DNA of 64,000 nucleotides. It comes from Tubulanus polymorphus. Its lineage: Eukaryota; Animalia; Nemertea. Location: the NCBI RefSeq assembly GCF_964204645.1, contig NC_134035.1:10200451-10264450 (forward strand). Reading direction: 5' to 3'. This document shows positions 42,178 through 54,140 of this stretch, piece by piece; the first letter of the stretch is position 1; every line of letters starts with the position of its first letter. Both the position numbers and the translations under genes were made by a program. The notes under the pieces were generated by a model. That model made no database searches. It saw nothing but the letters and a program-made list of their open reading frames with translations, and was not told where the DNA came from.

Positions 42178-45100
42178 GAAACCTATTCTAGCTCTTCCGA
42201 GAGTAGGGTTTAAAAAAAAATATTTCAGGCATCCACCGCCGGATCGCTGATTCGCGTATAGATAAATGTCTCGTGAGTGTCAACATAGCTTTAGCATTCG
42301 AGTGAAATACGTAAGAATTGATTTCGACGAAAATTCAAAACCGTCTAATGATTAGAAACGCGTCAACCGGTATCACCGGCTGTACGTAGCTAATTCCGCC
42401 AAATCGTATTGACACGTACGAGTAATAACGAAAATATGTTCGAGCCGTCGCGTCCCGAGGGAAATCGGGCTCGGCGCGCGTTTCGCCGGGGTTCACGTTT
42501 CAAACGGAAAAATTGCCGTCCCGCGGGACGCGTCGCAATCGACCGTCGCGCGGCGTATCTATAAAAATCCTATTACAAACATCGAGCGCTGTCAAATATA
42601 GTGGAAAATTAAACTTTGATTGAAATTCACAGTCGGGTCGGCGTGGTTCGCCGTCGTACCGCGTCTACGGCGACTTACGCCCGCGAACGCCATTATGTAA
42701 TTTGAATACGAATCTACTTTTTGTGTATAAGCGATTGCCGCAATTCCCCGAAGTGGCGTACCCAATTTGAAGTTCAATAAGCATCGGCGATACTTGGCGT
42801 CTAATAAAAGTAACCGGCCCGGCGACTAATTCCATTCAAACACGAAACCCGCGTTTAAATTTCGGCGCGAGAGATTTGACGTACGTCATTGGGAAACCGT
42901 TCTCGATCGACGAACACCGACAGAAATCGCGACCGACCCCGGCGGGCCTCCGTGATTTTTATGTCGCGCGGCCTGGGAAATTAAAACGAAGAACGTTGTA
43001 AGCAACTAACCTTTTAACGACGACGACGGAAAATCATAGCACATGTTTGCCTTCGCGCACACGATGGCAATAAATTTTCTATTAAGTCAACGAGGACGAG
43101 CGTTGTTGTAGTAGTTGACGGGCGTCTCGGGTTTACACGCTGAATCATCACACCTGCCGAATTGTCCTCGAAAAGGCTGCAGCGGATACTCGTGCGGCTC
43201 AACACGCTTTTCGCCGGTCTTGTTCTTTTTTTTTTTATATCGGGGCCCCGAACGAGCGGTTTATAATTCTCTAAAGACAATTAATCCGTGCGCGATAAAC
43301 GCCGGTAGTCGACGCGGCGATGAATAAACGCACTCAACAACTCGCGGATACAAGCCCATAAAACATCCCTACGATTTCGTAGACAAACGGATTTGGACGT
43401 TTCAAGTTTGAAATCAACACCTTCTGGTGCCAGTCTTGAAGACCAGGACCGAGTTGCCAGTTCAGCTGTTCTCAGTTAGAATTTGCCACTAAGGTCATAC
43501 GGAAATGAACTACTTCAAACCATGGTCCCTTCATTTTAGAGTTTGTGTTTTACCTAATCAAGTCACACCTAGCTAAAAGCCCACTTACTTAAAATGGCCT
43601 TTCAATGACCTGGTGCATTGAGCAATAAGTTTAAAATTTACCCTATATAAAACATTTATATCATATTATGTTAAATAGATAGGTATCAAGTGTTTGATTC
43701 CACTGAATAAACCTTTGATAAATGGAAACTAATTTCATTGTTACTCTTGATTGTTATCATCATTATGACTCCTGTTATTCGGGGTTCAAATGGTATTTCG
43801 TTTATGTTTTGTGTCCAAACTATTTCAATTCCAAAGAATTTCACCGCGAACACACGGAGAAGATTTGGCCCGGGCCAAAGTGGCACCGATCAGGCTCGGG
43901 CTAAAGAATTGGCAACAAGGATGAAAACTTCAAACTTCCGAACTTAACTTTCTAAAACTTCCTAACTACGTACGAATGGTTTTTTCTCAATAATGAAAAT
44001 ATGAGCAAGGGCTGGAGATGAATCCTTGGCACAATATCAGACTTACATCGACAGAAAATGAGATTATTTTGTGTCTAAATGAATTTAAAAATCGAAGAAG
44101 AGACAACAAGGATGAAAACATCACACTTCCTACCTTCTAAAATAGGAATGAGACATCAAGATATTATGAGATCGCAAAAGATCAAAGAGAGTGGTAGAGA
44201 GTGGTAAAGAGTGGGAAAGCCTACAACTACACTACGACTACGATCAAACTTCATACAAAGCACCAACTACACTTGTAGAGTAGTTGTTTAACTTCTGTTG
44301 TAAGTTCGACTAAGTTTTTTTCTTTATATTTTCTATCTCAAATGTAACAAAAACGAGAGAGTCGATATCAATACACACTCACACACACAGCGAGCGCCAC
44401 GCGTTCAAATACCCTCGACATCGGCCGCGAGTGCTCTCCGACGGAACGCATTTCCCACTTGGGGCGTTTTCAAAAATAATGACTTGTATCTATAACGAAC
44501 ACAGTTTTGACTGGATTGAACGGCGGCTGGTGGCGGTCGAGTGCGGCTACTTCAACTCGAGTATACTTATTTCGTTCGAATTCGTACGTCATCCATTAAA
44601 ACCACCGGAAGCGCGCACTATAGGATATTTATATATTTGTCGAAGTTATCGAAACTTCGAACTCGAGGGAGGCGAGGAGGGCCGGCGCAAACGTTCCGGC
44701 GAGGAGAATAAACCAAATTGTCTTTCTCGTTCGCGCGCGCTCGCGTTCTCTCGTAAAAGCTTTCGTCTACGCGGCGAGCGAGAGAGAGAGAGAGAAAGTC
44801 AAACACGTTCGTTAAAATGATACGTTTAAAACACAAACACATAAGTTTCTCGTGTAAGTACGAACACTCGAGATATTTTCTCGAGAGATCGTACGAGTCT
44901 TCAACGTTAATAGTGTGAATTTCCTTTCTCGCCGTCCTCCGAGGGCTGTCTATAGAAAGCGGTAATGAACCTCATCGATTGAAGATGGAAAATTTACTGA
45001 AATAAACAAACATTCTTTTTTCGATGTAAAGAACGACTAGAAAATCTCCCCATTTCAATCTAAAATTTTTCTTTTTTGTCATTAAATCGGAATTTATCCT

Positions 45101-45779
45101 GTTAAGATTTGATTGGTAGATTTCAGTTGGTTTACCTCTGAAAAATGCTATTTAATTTTTTCAGTAAATTTTCATTGAAATATGAAAGAAAATCTTAAAA
45201 TTAATCGGTAGTCAACCCCTAGACCTTCAGCAACAACTTTCACATTTCTGTATGCATCACAGAAATCAATTCAGTATTTCTCATAGTAAAAAATAGTAAC
45301 AAATACTGAAAATCAGGAACAGTTGACTTCTTTTAGCCACCCTGTTTAAAGGTAAGATCGCTTTTTAAAATTTGAGTTGAAAGCTATACCAAGCTTTATA
45401 ATCCAGTAGGAATAAAGGCTTACTGTATCGTGAAATAGGAACAAAAGCACTACTCCAGGGGGAAGGGGGAAGTCCATATCTCCACTTCGAAACTCATTCA
45501 TCAAAAATCAAATCAAAGTTTGTTGCCCTATCACACTTAAAATGGTTTCCAACCCGTCATTTAATTTTCTCAATTTCTCAATGAGTTATGTTACTTCTAA
45601 TTACTTGTCGTATATCGAACGAATATACATCTACTTTCACTAATGAACGACGCAGAAAACCGCAACGTTCGTTTGTGAAGTGGTTATCGCGCTCAAATAC
45701 ATCGCACCAATCTATTCATCTACATATAAGTGATGTAGGAGAAATTGTTTTCTTATTTCAGCAAGCAATAATTATGTAG

Positions 45780-46327
45780 CACGCACCCCTCTCCCTCTAC
45801 CCTGCACCCCTCTCCCTCCCTCCACAGTAAGCCTTTCAAGCACGCACCCCTCTCCCTCTACCCTGCACCCCTCTCCCTACCCCACAGTTAGCCTTTTAAG
45901 CGTGCACCCCTCTCCCTCTACCCAGCACCCCTCTCCCTACCCCACAGTAAGCCTTTCAAGCACGCATCCCTCCCCCTGCAATAAGCCTTTTAAGCGTGCA
46001 CCCCTCTCCCTCTTCCCTGCACCCCTCTCCCTACCCCACAGTAAGCCTTTCAAGCATGCATCCCTCCCCCCTGCAATAAGCCTTTTAAGCGTGCACCCCT
46101 TTCCCTCTACCCTGCACCCCTCTCCCTACCCCACAGTAAGCCTTTCAAGCATGCATCCCTCCCCCCTGCAATAAGCCTTTTAAGCGTGCACCCCTTTCCC
46201 TCTACCCTGCACCCCTCTCCCTATCCCACAGTAAGCCTTTCAAGTACGCATCCCTCCCCCCTGCAATATGCCTTTCAAGCGTGCACCCTTTCCCCTCCCC
46301 CCACAGTAAGCCTTCCAAGCGTGCACC
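45780..46327. repeat. C-rich compound minisatellite
   Basis: Units such as GCACCCCTCTCCCTCTACCCTGCACCCCTCTCCCTACCCCACAGTAAGCCTTTCAA interleaved with ~35-bp variants. Confidence 0.95.
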
Positions 46328-47488
46328 ACAACGTTCCGAACAGCAGCGATTTCTCATTTATTTTCTCTCCGTAAAACGGCGACGACGGCAACGGAAAAAA
46401 ATGCATACATTCGTTTGACAAAAACTAGCTTCAAATATGAAACGGTATATTGGATCGGCACGTTATATCGTCAAAGCCGCAAATTTCAAACCCTTTTAAG
46501 TTTTTAGCTTCTCTTTGAACGTAGATTATACCAGTGACAGCGAGTTGTAGCAGCGTCGCTTGCATGAATTTCATATTTTTAAAAAACGTTGTGTACCGAC
46601 ATTACGCGCGATACAAACACACACACACACACATCCAGAATACTCTTTATAATCATGTTCGTTCGCGGATCAGAGAAGATTGAATAAAAACGGCGAGGAA
46701 AATTGGTTCTTTTGTCTTAGCGATACGACTTTGTGGAAACCTTCGTCGTTCGTGATTACGAAACAGCTCTAAGATTTGAAATAAAAACGTTTTTGATATC
46801 GAGAGAAACTCAATTTTTCATGAATCAGTTTCATCACAAGGAAAGGATGATTAACAATGCAGTCGTAACTGGGTGTGATGAGCAATACTATTATTGAAAT
46901 TGAAATATTCAACAACATGAATAGCCACGTTCACGTTAACAACATGTATAGCCAAGTTCACGATAAAAACATGAACAGCCGCGTGTGAACGCGCTTTCTA
47001 ATTAAGCACTGGCCAGATTTGACCCACGCCCGAGCGACGCCAATCTGGCCTGGCCTCGTGTGATCGCTTACCCCTAGTTAATCCGTTCTAATTTGGCTTG
47101 TACCTGGAACATACCTTTTTAAATAAGATCAAATCAATTTTGTGCATTGAGACATGTTTATAAATCAGCTGGTTAATAGTAGTCCAGCTAGTGACAGGCA
47201 ATGGAAGTTCTTTTCCCACTAAGGCACTGTTCTTAAATGGGATGGACCACACTGACTTTTCTCTAGTGTTAACACTTGATCCGACTTTAAAACGAGGTTT
47301 AGAATTCCAGATTGAAATGGATTTAACTCTTGGGCCAGTTGCTTAAATGTTGGTAAAAGATAACTGGCAGAAGTATCACTACGTCAACTATTCACTCTAA
47401 CGAACTTTTGAGCAACTGCAGCCCCAGCACGTTCTATATGATGAATCAAAATAGCTCAGTCGGAAAGTTTGTAGAACTTCATTACGTA

Positions 47489-47731
47489 ATAGAACGATTA
47501 CCAACGGATAATAAGATAAAAACCCACTATCTACAGATTAAAAGAATTTTAAACCAAGAATTTATTTATTCGAACAATCTAAAATATACAAAATACACGA
47601 CGTTTCGACCCGACGATGATCTCTAGGGCGAGATCGAAACGTTGGGTATTCTATATATTTTAGATTGTTCGAAATAATGAATTCTCGGTTTTGAAATTCT
47701 TTTAATCTGTAGATAGTGGGTTTCTATCTTA
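47489..47731. mobile_element. Long palindromic insert with hammerhead-like centre and 11-bp TSD
   Basis: ~95-bp arms around CCGACGA-T-GATCTC-TAGGGC-GAGATC-GAAACGTT. TTCATTACGTA at 47478-47488 and 47732-47742. Confidence 0.7.
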
Positions 47732-49709
47732 TTCATTACGTACTTTGAAAGTTAGTCAAATATCGCCTGGCAATCATGAGTGCAGATTATTTCCGAATCG
47801 AAAAAAGGAAATGCATTCGATTTACCGAAAGAAAAGTTAAGATCAACGAGATGGATTCTTAAATACGTACGAATCGTTCGCTTGTTTTAATCATATCCCG
47901 TCATTTCCACGAAATTATGTTCGTTTTGAAATGAGAAGATTTACACGAAATGCAAAAACGACGCATCCCACGATCGTCGGGGAACACTTCACGTTCAGCT
48001 CACGCGACGACGCCGCCGCACTCCACATCAAAGAACCGACTAAAAAGCATCGCGAGCGATATTAAATTAAAACCATTCGATAATTACTTTAATTAATTTC
48101 TACATTTGTCTCGAAACTTCATCGTCAATTAAAATCGAAACGCCGTTTTAAAACCGCGCGCGGCCGGAAATGCGACGATCGATGCGAATCGACAATCAAA
48201 GCGAAAAACGGTAAGAGTTACACGCGTCGTTTTAAAAACGGAGGAAAGTTGTTTTTCGAAAATATCATCTGCGTGTTCGGGTACACCGGCGCGAGATGAC
48301 GACGACGATGACGCAGACGATGATGAGAGATCGTACGTTTTAAACATCACCGCGAATTTAAAAACGCGAAACACTTTCTTCTGAAGCGAGCCCGACGAAT
48401 TAATTCAATTTTCATGTCGTTTTGAAATTAAAATGGAATTGAAATGTATTTTAGCGCAGGTGTGATGCGCCGATAGATTATTTATGAGTCAGTAAGGCGA
48501 CGCGCACACGAGACACGCGCGCTGAAAAGTTCGCGAAATATATCGTCACCTCGACGAAATTGGGTACGCGAAGGAAACCGGCGCGGGCGTCGGGGACCCG
48601 GCGTTTAACCCGTACCACCCCGAAATACCCGACCGGGGAGTCGTATCGATAAAATACTACGGGGACGACGTAAAGTTGAGCGCGCGCGCGCGTGGAGCGA
48701 AGGCGTTAACGTATCGACTGAAATAAAGATTTTCGGAAAATTCGAAACGTCCCGCGGGTACTTCGAATTAAGAACTAACACTTCGTAAAGAAAACTACGA
48801 ACTAACGCTTCCTTATTTATTTGTCTTTGCACGTTTCATTTCAGCGGGGCACGCCGCGACAGCACCGGCGTCTTCGGCGCACAGCTGTAAAACTCGCTTT
48901 GTGTCGCTCCCGAGATAATTATTCTCAATACAGTATTTTGTTGATTACGAAATAAAAATAAATCATACCATATCTTATCATAAAGATACAACCGATCGAA
49001 GACAGTTCACACGAAGATTAGAAATGAATTCACACACGACAAAAACATATGACACGGCGAACGAAAAAAAGTTTTCAACTCGCGTCGCGCCGAACAATAA
49101 TATATAACGGTATTCTAATTGATTATATTTTTTATGACTTTTACGGACGGCCGGACGGACGACGCCCGATGAAAAGATTTCGCTCCAGGTGTGAATCAAA
49201 CGGCACAGATGGGCGCATAAAAGCGATTCGAACATATTACCGGTATATTATAAAACCGCACCGAAAAGATATACGTGACGACCGTCTTTATGCGACACGA
49301 TTGGGAAACTAAAAAAAAAAGACAACTGGCGATGATGGTGAGCATTCACGAAACTTTTATTGTCATTCGAATATTATTAAACTCGCAATATGGTGACAGA
49401 TTTTTGACGAATAATTACGCGCAACTCCCGTGGGGGGTGGGCCGGGCGCACACACGATGTCTGCGCGTCGCGCGTAAAATACTAATAGTAACATTTACTA
49501 GTAGTACTCGTAGCGGGCGCTCGCCCCGGTGAAACCGTGACAGAAGGTAGTATTATCCGGTGCGTTGAATATGGTCGATTGTTCGCGCGATTCCCGGTAC
49601 CTCGACTCGCGGCGTACATAATACGTCGCACGTGAAAAAACCTCATGTAATTGGATTATTTATGAGTGAACTCGTACACATATATTGTACGCGTTTATAA
49701 AAGGCGGAC

Positions 49710-50070
49710 CTGAGCGAGAGGGAGAGAGAGGGAGCGGAGAGGGGGTAGAGGGGAGGAAGAAAGAGCGGAGAGGGGTAGAGGGAGCAGAGGGGGTGAGAGA
49801 GGGAGCGGAGAGGGGTAGAGGGGAGGAAGAAAGAGCGGAGAGGGGGTAGAGGGAACAGAGGGGGTGAGAGAGGGAGCGGAGAGGGGGTGAGAGAGGGAGC
49901 GGAGAGGGGGTGAAAGAGGGAGCGGAGAGGGGTGAGAGAGGGAGCGGAAAGGGGGTGAGAGAGGGTAGAGGGAGCGGAGAGGGGGTGAGAGGGGTAGAGG
50001 GAGTGGAGAGGGGTATAGAGGGGGAGAGGGAGCGGAGGGGAGAGGGAAAGGGGAGAGAGGGTTTGGAAGA
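49710..50070. repeat. G-rich polypurine minisatellite (GAGGGAGCGGAGAGGGGGT-like)
   Basis: Directly visible. Confidence 0.92.
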
Positions 50071-50924
50071 GAAGATGCAGTATTTCGCCCGAGGCTAACT
50101 TAATGCGAGACGTTCACGCTCTTACAGGGTGCACTTCAAAACCGAACGCAAATTTCTTGAACAGATTTTCGTCATCTTCGAGTAGTGTAGTAATTTTTTA
50201 TTCGAACAAATTCTCATCAATACAAAACGAGTGAATGGTGATGTAAGATACACGCGTGTACATAATCACGGCACAGATGTGCGTATCTTAAAAAGGGTAA
50301 ACTCCACAGACTATGCCCGCGCATCGACGGCACGTTGGCCCCCATTCACAGATTTGTCATTATGCCTTTTTTTGGGTCGAGGGCGGCTTGCGTTGTAATT
50401 AAATACGACGAAAATTGAATTGAAAATACGACGACGAAGATTTCACGCGATGCGATACATTCATAAAACTAATTGCACTTCCATTAACCGATAAAATGAG
50501 GCACATTTTTCGCGACGTAGTAAAGAAGTACGAACGAACGAACGAACGTTGTTTCCGAATGAACAACTGTCCGCGCGTGAATTAATTCCCATCGCCGAAG
50601 GTACAAAAATAAAACACGAGCTACTGAATGAATTTTTTTTTACGAAAAGAGTTCAGTACCCTGAGTTAAGCCAGTTAAGAGCATATTCTCTAGTGTGACC
50701 GTCGGCCACGATGGCCGCCCGCAAAGACGGTTCGATCTACGCTCCCTCGTCCTTGTGACTGCCAGCGATGCCGGTCGCAATGACTCGCACATGTTCTACT
50801 TTCAACGACCATCTCTCCCAGTCGCGACTGACATACACTGCTCTTGCTACTGACTGACACTATAAACCCGCATACAATTGCTGACAATTGCATTGAATTA
50901 ACTTTTAGTTAAACTAAATATAAC

Positions 50925-51164
50925 GAGAATCTCGCCATAAAGAAGAGGAGATAAAGTCCAAAAATGCTTTCTTGAGCTGGTAGTTTATTCAACATTTTGA
51001 CTATATCCTAATAGGCATCTTCGGGAATGCTGATGATGGGAATTAATAAAGTATTCTATTCCTGTTGATGACTATCAGTATATAGTCAAAACGTTGAATA
51101 AACCACCAGCTCAAGGAAACACTTTTGGACTTTATCATTTTCTCGTCTTCACTGTGGGATTCTC
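50925..51164. mobile_element. Palindromic insert with degenerate hammerhead motifs in both arms
   Basis: ~100-bp arms; TATTC-CTGTTGA-T-GACTAT-CAGTAT-ATAGTC-AAAA-CGTT-GAATA at 51057-51100. Confidence 0.7.
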
Positions 51165-53924
51165 ATTCTATTATCGTCTCAATACGGATGTAGTGTTTTA
51201 TCAATGGAAAACTCTTTGGTCAAGGTTGAAAGGATCATGAATCTGAACTGATAATTCTAGCTAGTATTTGTGGAAAAACCGTAATTCCTTCGAGCAATGA
51301 ACACGCTTAAGACTTTTTTGTACTGGATGCATAACGCACGTACCTACACCAGGGGGCAGCAGTAACTGGAATAACGATCCAGAGGTGCGGGTAAAACAAC
51401 GGTGAACGCAATAACATAAAAACGTCGTTACGACGAACAAAGGCGCGCGCGGGTTCAGCGCCCGGAATCCGTCGTCGATGTCATTACAAGTATAAATAAA
51501 AATGCACCAGAAAGCAAAATAATGTAAACATACTGCGTACAAGTATTGACGACTAATATTTCCATCAGATGAACAGCGAACAAAACCGAACAGAACTTCT
51601 TCATCATCGATTCAAACGACATGAAATACATGCGCGGCCGATTCGCTGAAAATATACTTTAATTATTCGAGTCCATTAACATCGTTGTAGTCGTTGTTGT
51701 ATTTGCCTTTGAAAAAAAGCAAGGTCACCAGCAGAGTCAATACATACATGGTATTATATAGATTATCAGGGTTATAATGAGTTTTTTTCGTAACTTCTTC
51801 GCGTCAGAGTTGGGTTTTTCATTGAACACGCTGCATCGAAAGTAACCGGCAACCATAAATTTTTCCTTCACTGTAAAAATGAAGAATGAAACCAAACTTG
51901 GATTAAATAATCTTTTAAAAGACGCCTAAAACACTGCGAAATTTATACAGATTTGATATTGAATACTAAATTGATACAATAGGAAAAAATTGCAGGATAT
52001 CTCTTTAGAATTTTTTCTCTATCTTCTTATGGAAAAATAATGCAGCACAAAACCCAACTTATTAATGGCAGAAGTGAAAGAAAACTTGGGGAGTTAGTTA
52101 CAATAATCTTTAGCAGCAATCACACGACATTTTTGGGCATATTTTACGCACCATCTGGGAGAGATGGCATACAAGCATTTCTTTTTCTCTTTTTTGATTT
52201 TTTTAACTTTCTTGTAATCTTAATATCATCCTTTTCCGTGAAATAAATTGAAATTGGCCCAGACCAAATTTGACACAGGCCCGATCTGTGCTAAATCGTC
52301 TCCTTTTTTTTAACTCTGAAAATTAAAACCATCATTTAGTCATTCGAAATCTTGCGTAAATCTTGAAACTGTCGTCGAATATCGTATCGAATATGTGAAT
52401 TTTATTGTATTATTTCTAGTATTCTATCGATCCATTGAGAATGTTTGATGTCGACGACCATAAATCGAGATCGTCTTGCGTCGCGTTTTAAATTCGATCT
52501 TCGCGACTAGTCGCAATCCGACGACGAAACGCGCATTGTCGCGAAAACGAAGTTAAAACGCCGCTCGAAATCTCGTGATTATCTTCGCGCGAAGACGCGA
52601 GAAATTTCAAATTTCAAATTCGTACACAATATATCATCATCTACGCCTATTCACGAAATCGCACGACTGGCTTATCAATTGAATTTTTGAAAATCGATTG
52701 AAAAACTTTTTTATCGCCAAATTTTCGTAGTGCGGACTGACGGACGTCGCAGCGCGGCGCGGCGTATCTATCATCATTCAATTGAACGTCGACGAAAAAC
52801 GCAATTCGATTTAATGTCGCGTTTTATTGACTGTAAAACCCGCTCGACGCAAACGTGAATATGATTTGAAATCGTTCTAATTATAGCCGCATTTTACCCG
52901 CTCTCGAAAAAAACCCCCGATCCGCCGTCGAACGCCTGGCGCACCGACGACGACGACGACGACAGATTTCATTTCATTCGTTTTATATCGTTTTAAAACT
53001 TTTTCGAATCGTCGTCGGCTTTAGAAACCGAAAATTCAAATTTTGATGAGCCCGTGATTGGCAATTTGCGTTTCGTTCGTCGTACGCGATATAGACAACG
53101 TACTCGCGCGAGCGCGCCAGGGACGCGAATATATTCGAACAATCATCGTCTCCTCGTCGTTTTCATCCTCGCCGTCGTATAACTCATTTAAAATCTAATG
53201 CATCTCTTATTCCGGAGTACTTTCATTTTACTGAAAACTGTCAAATTAAATTTAACATGCCGCTATGATTTCAAATTTACGTAGCCATTTGATATTTAGA
53301 GTTTACATTACCGAAACGCAACGGGCGAAATGTAAAATTCATCTTTTCATACGTTTTGAAGTAAATTCGGCTAATAACGTTTGTCGTTTCGGCGAACGTA
53401 GTACGACGTCGACGATTACGATCTTTGCTCCGCTGCTGCGTCGCAGGGGGAGCGACGACGACGCTGTCGGGCGACGGGGAGGGAAAGAAAAAATAACGAA
53501 CAACCACACACGCAGCCAGATTTAAAATGCAAACTAACTACAATTGAAAGTGGAATTCGAGAGAAAGACCGCGCTGCGATGACACGTCGGTTTCGACACC
53601 CCGTTCGTCCCGTGGGACGGATACAAGCAGAACGACGCTAAGTCGTATGAAGTAAATTTCCGTAAATTCGCTGATTTGATTTCACAATGAATTACAATAC
53701 AGACTACAGGCGCGTGAATTCCAAACCGTTTTCAACACGTCTCTTTCCGTAGTGATGCGTTGCCCGGGTTTGGTATTCCTCGAGAGATCTTTATTTTTCT
53801 GTAGCACACCCCACGCTTCACCAGTACAATCCCCGAAGTGATAAGAGATCACGTTCATTGATCACGAATAATGATGATTTCTGTGGGAAGATTAAAACCT
53901 ATTACATACAAATCTGATAATGGT

Positions 53925-54140
53925 TAAATGAGCAAAATCCACAGTCGATGATTTAACAGTTTATTCTAATAGTTTTCAAAGTTTTCACTTAACTTCATCA
54001 TCAGAGAAAAGAAATGTTCATTTCTCTGATGATGAAGTTAAGTGAAAACTTTGAAACTGTCAGAAAATAAACTGTTATATCATCAACTGTGGGTTTTGCT
54101 CATTAATTCTGAAGTACTGAGATCAATATTGGTCTACCAG
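53925..54140. mobile_element. Palindromic Penelope-like insert with 12-bp TSD
   Basis: Arms at 53927-54009 and 54021-54104. TCTGATAATGGT at 53913-53924 and 54141-54152. Confidence 0.75.
54021..54066 (+). ncRNA. Minimal type I hammerhead ribozyme motif
   Basis: Stem I TTTCT/AGAAA; core CTGATGA (54026-54032); stem II GAAGTT/AACTTT; GAAA (54053-54056); vestigial stem III; GTC cleavage triplet ending at 54061. Confidence 0.6.

Noticed and set aside
44383-44634. Additional minus-strand first exon (TATATAAA ... TGT|GTGAGT)
   Set aside because: The donor lies in a (TG)n run with a poor exonic consensus, and TATA-like words are common in this window
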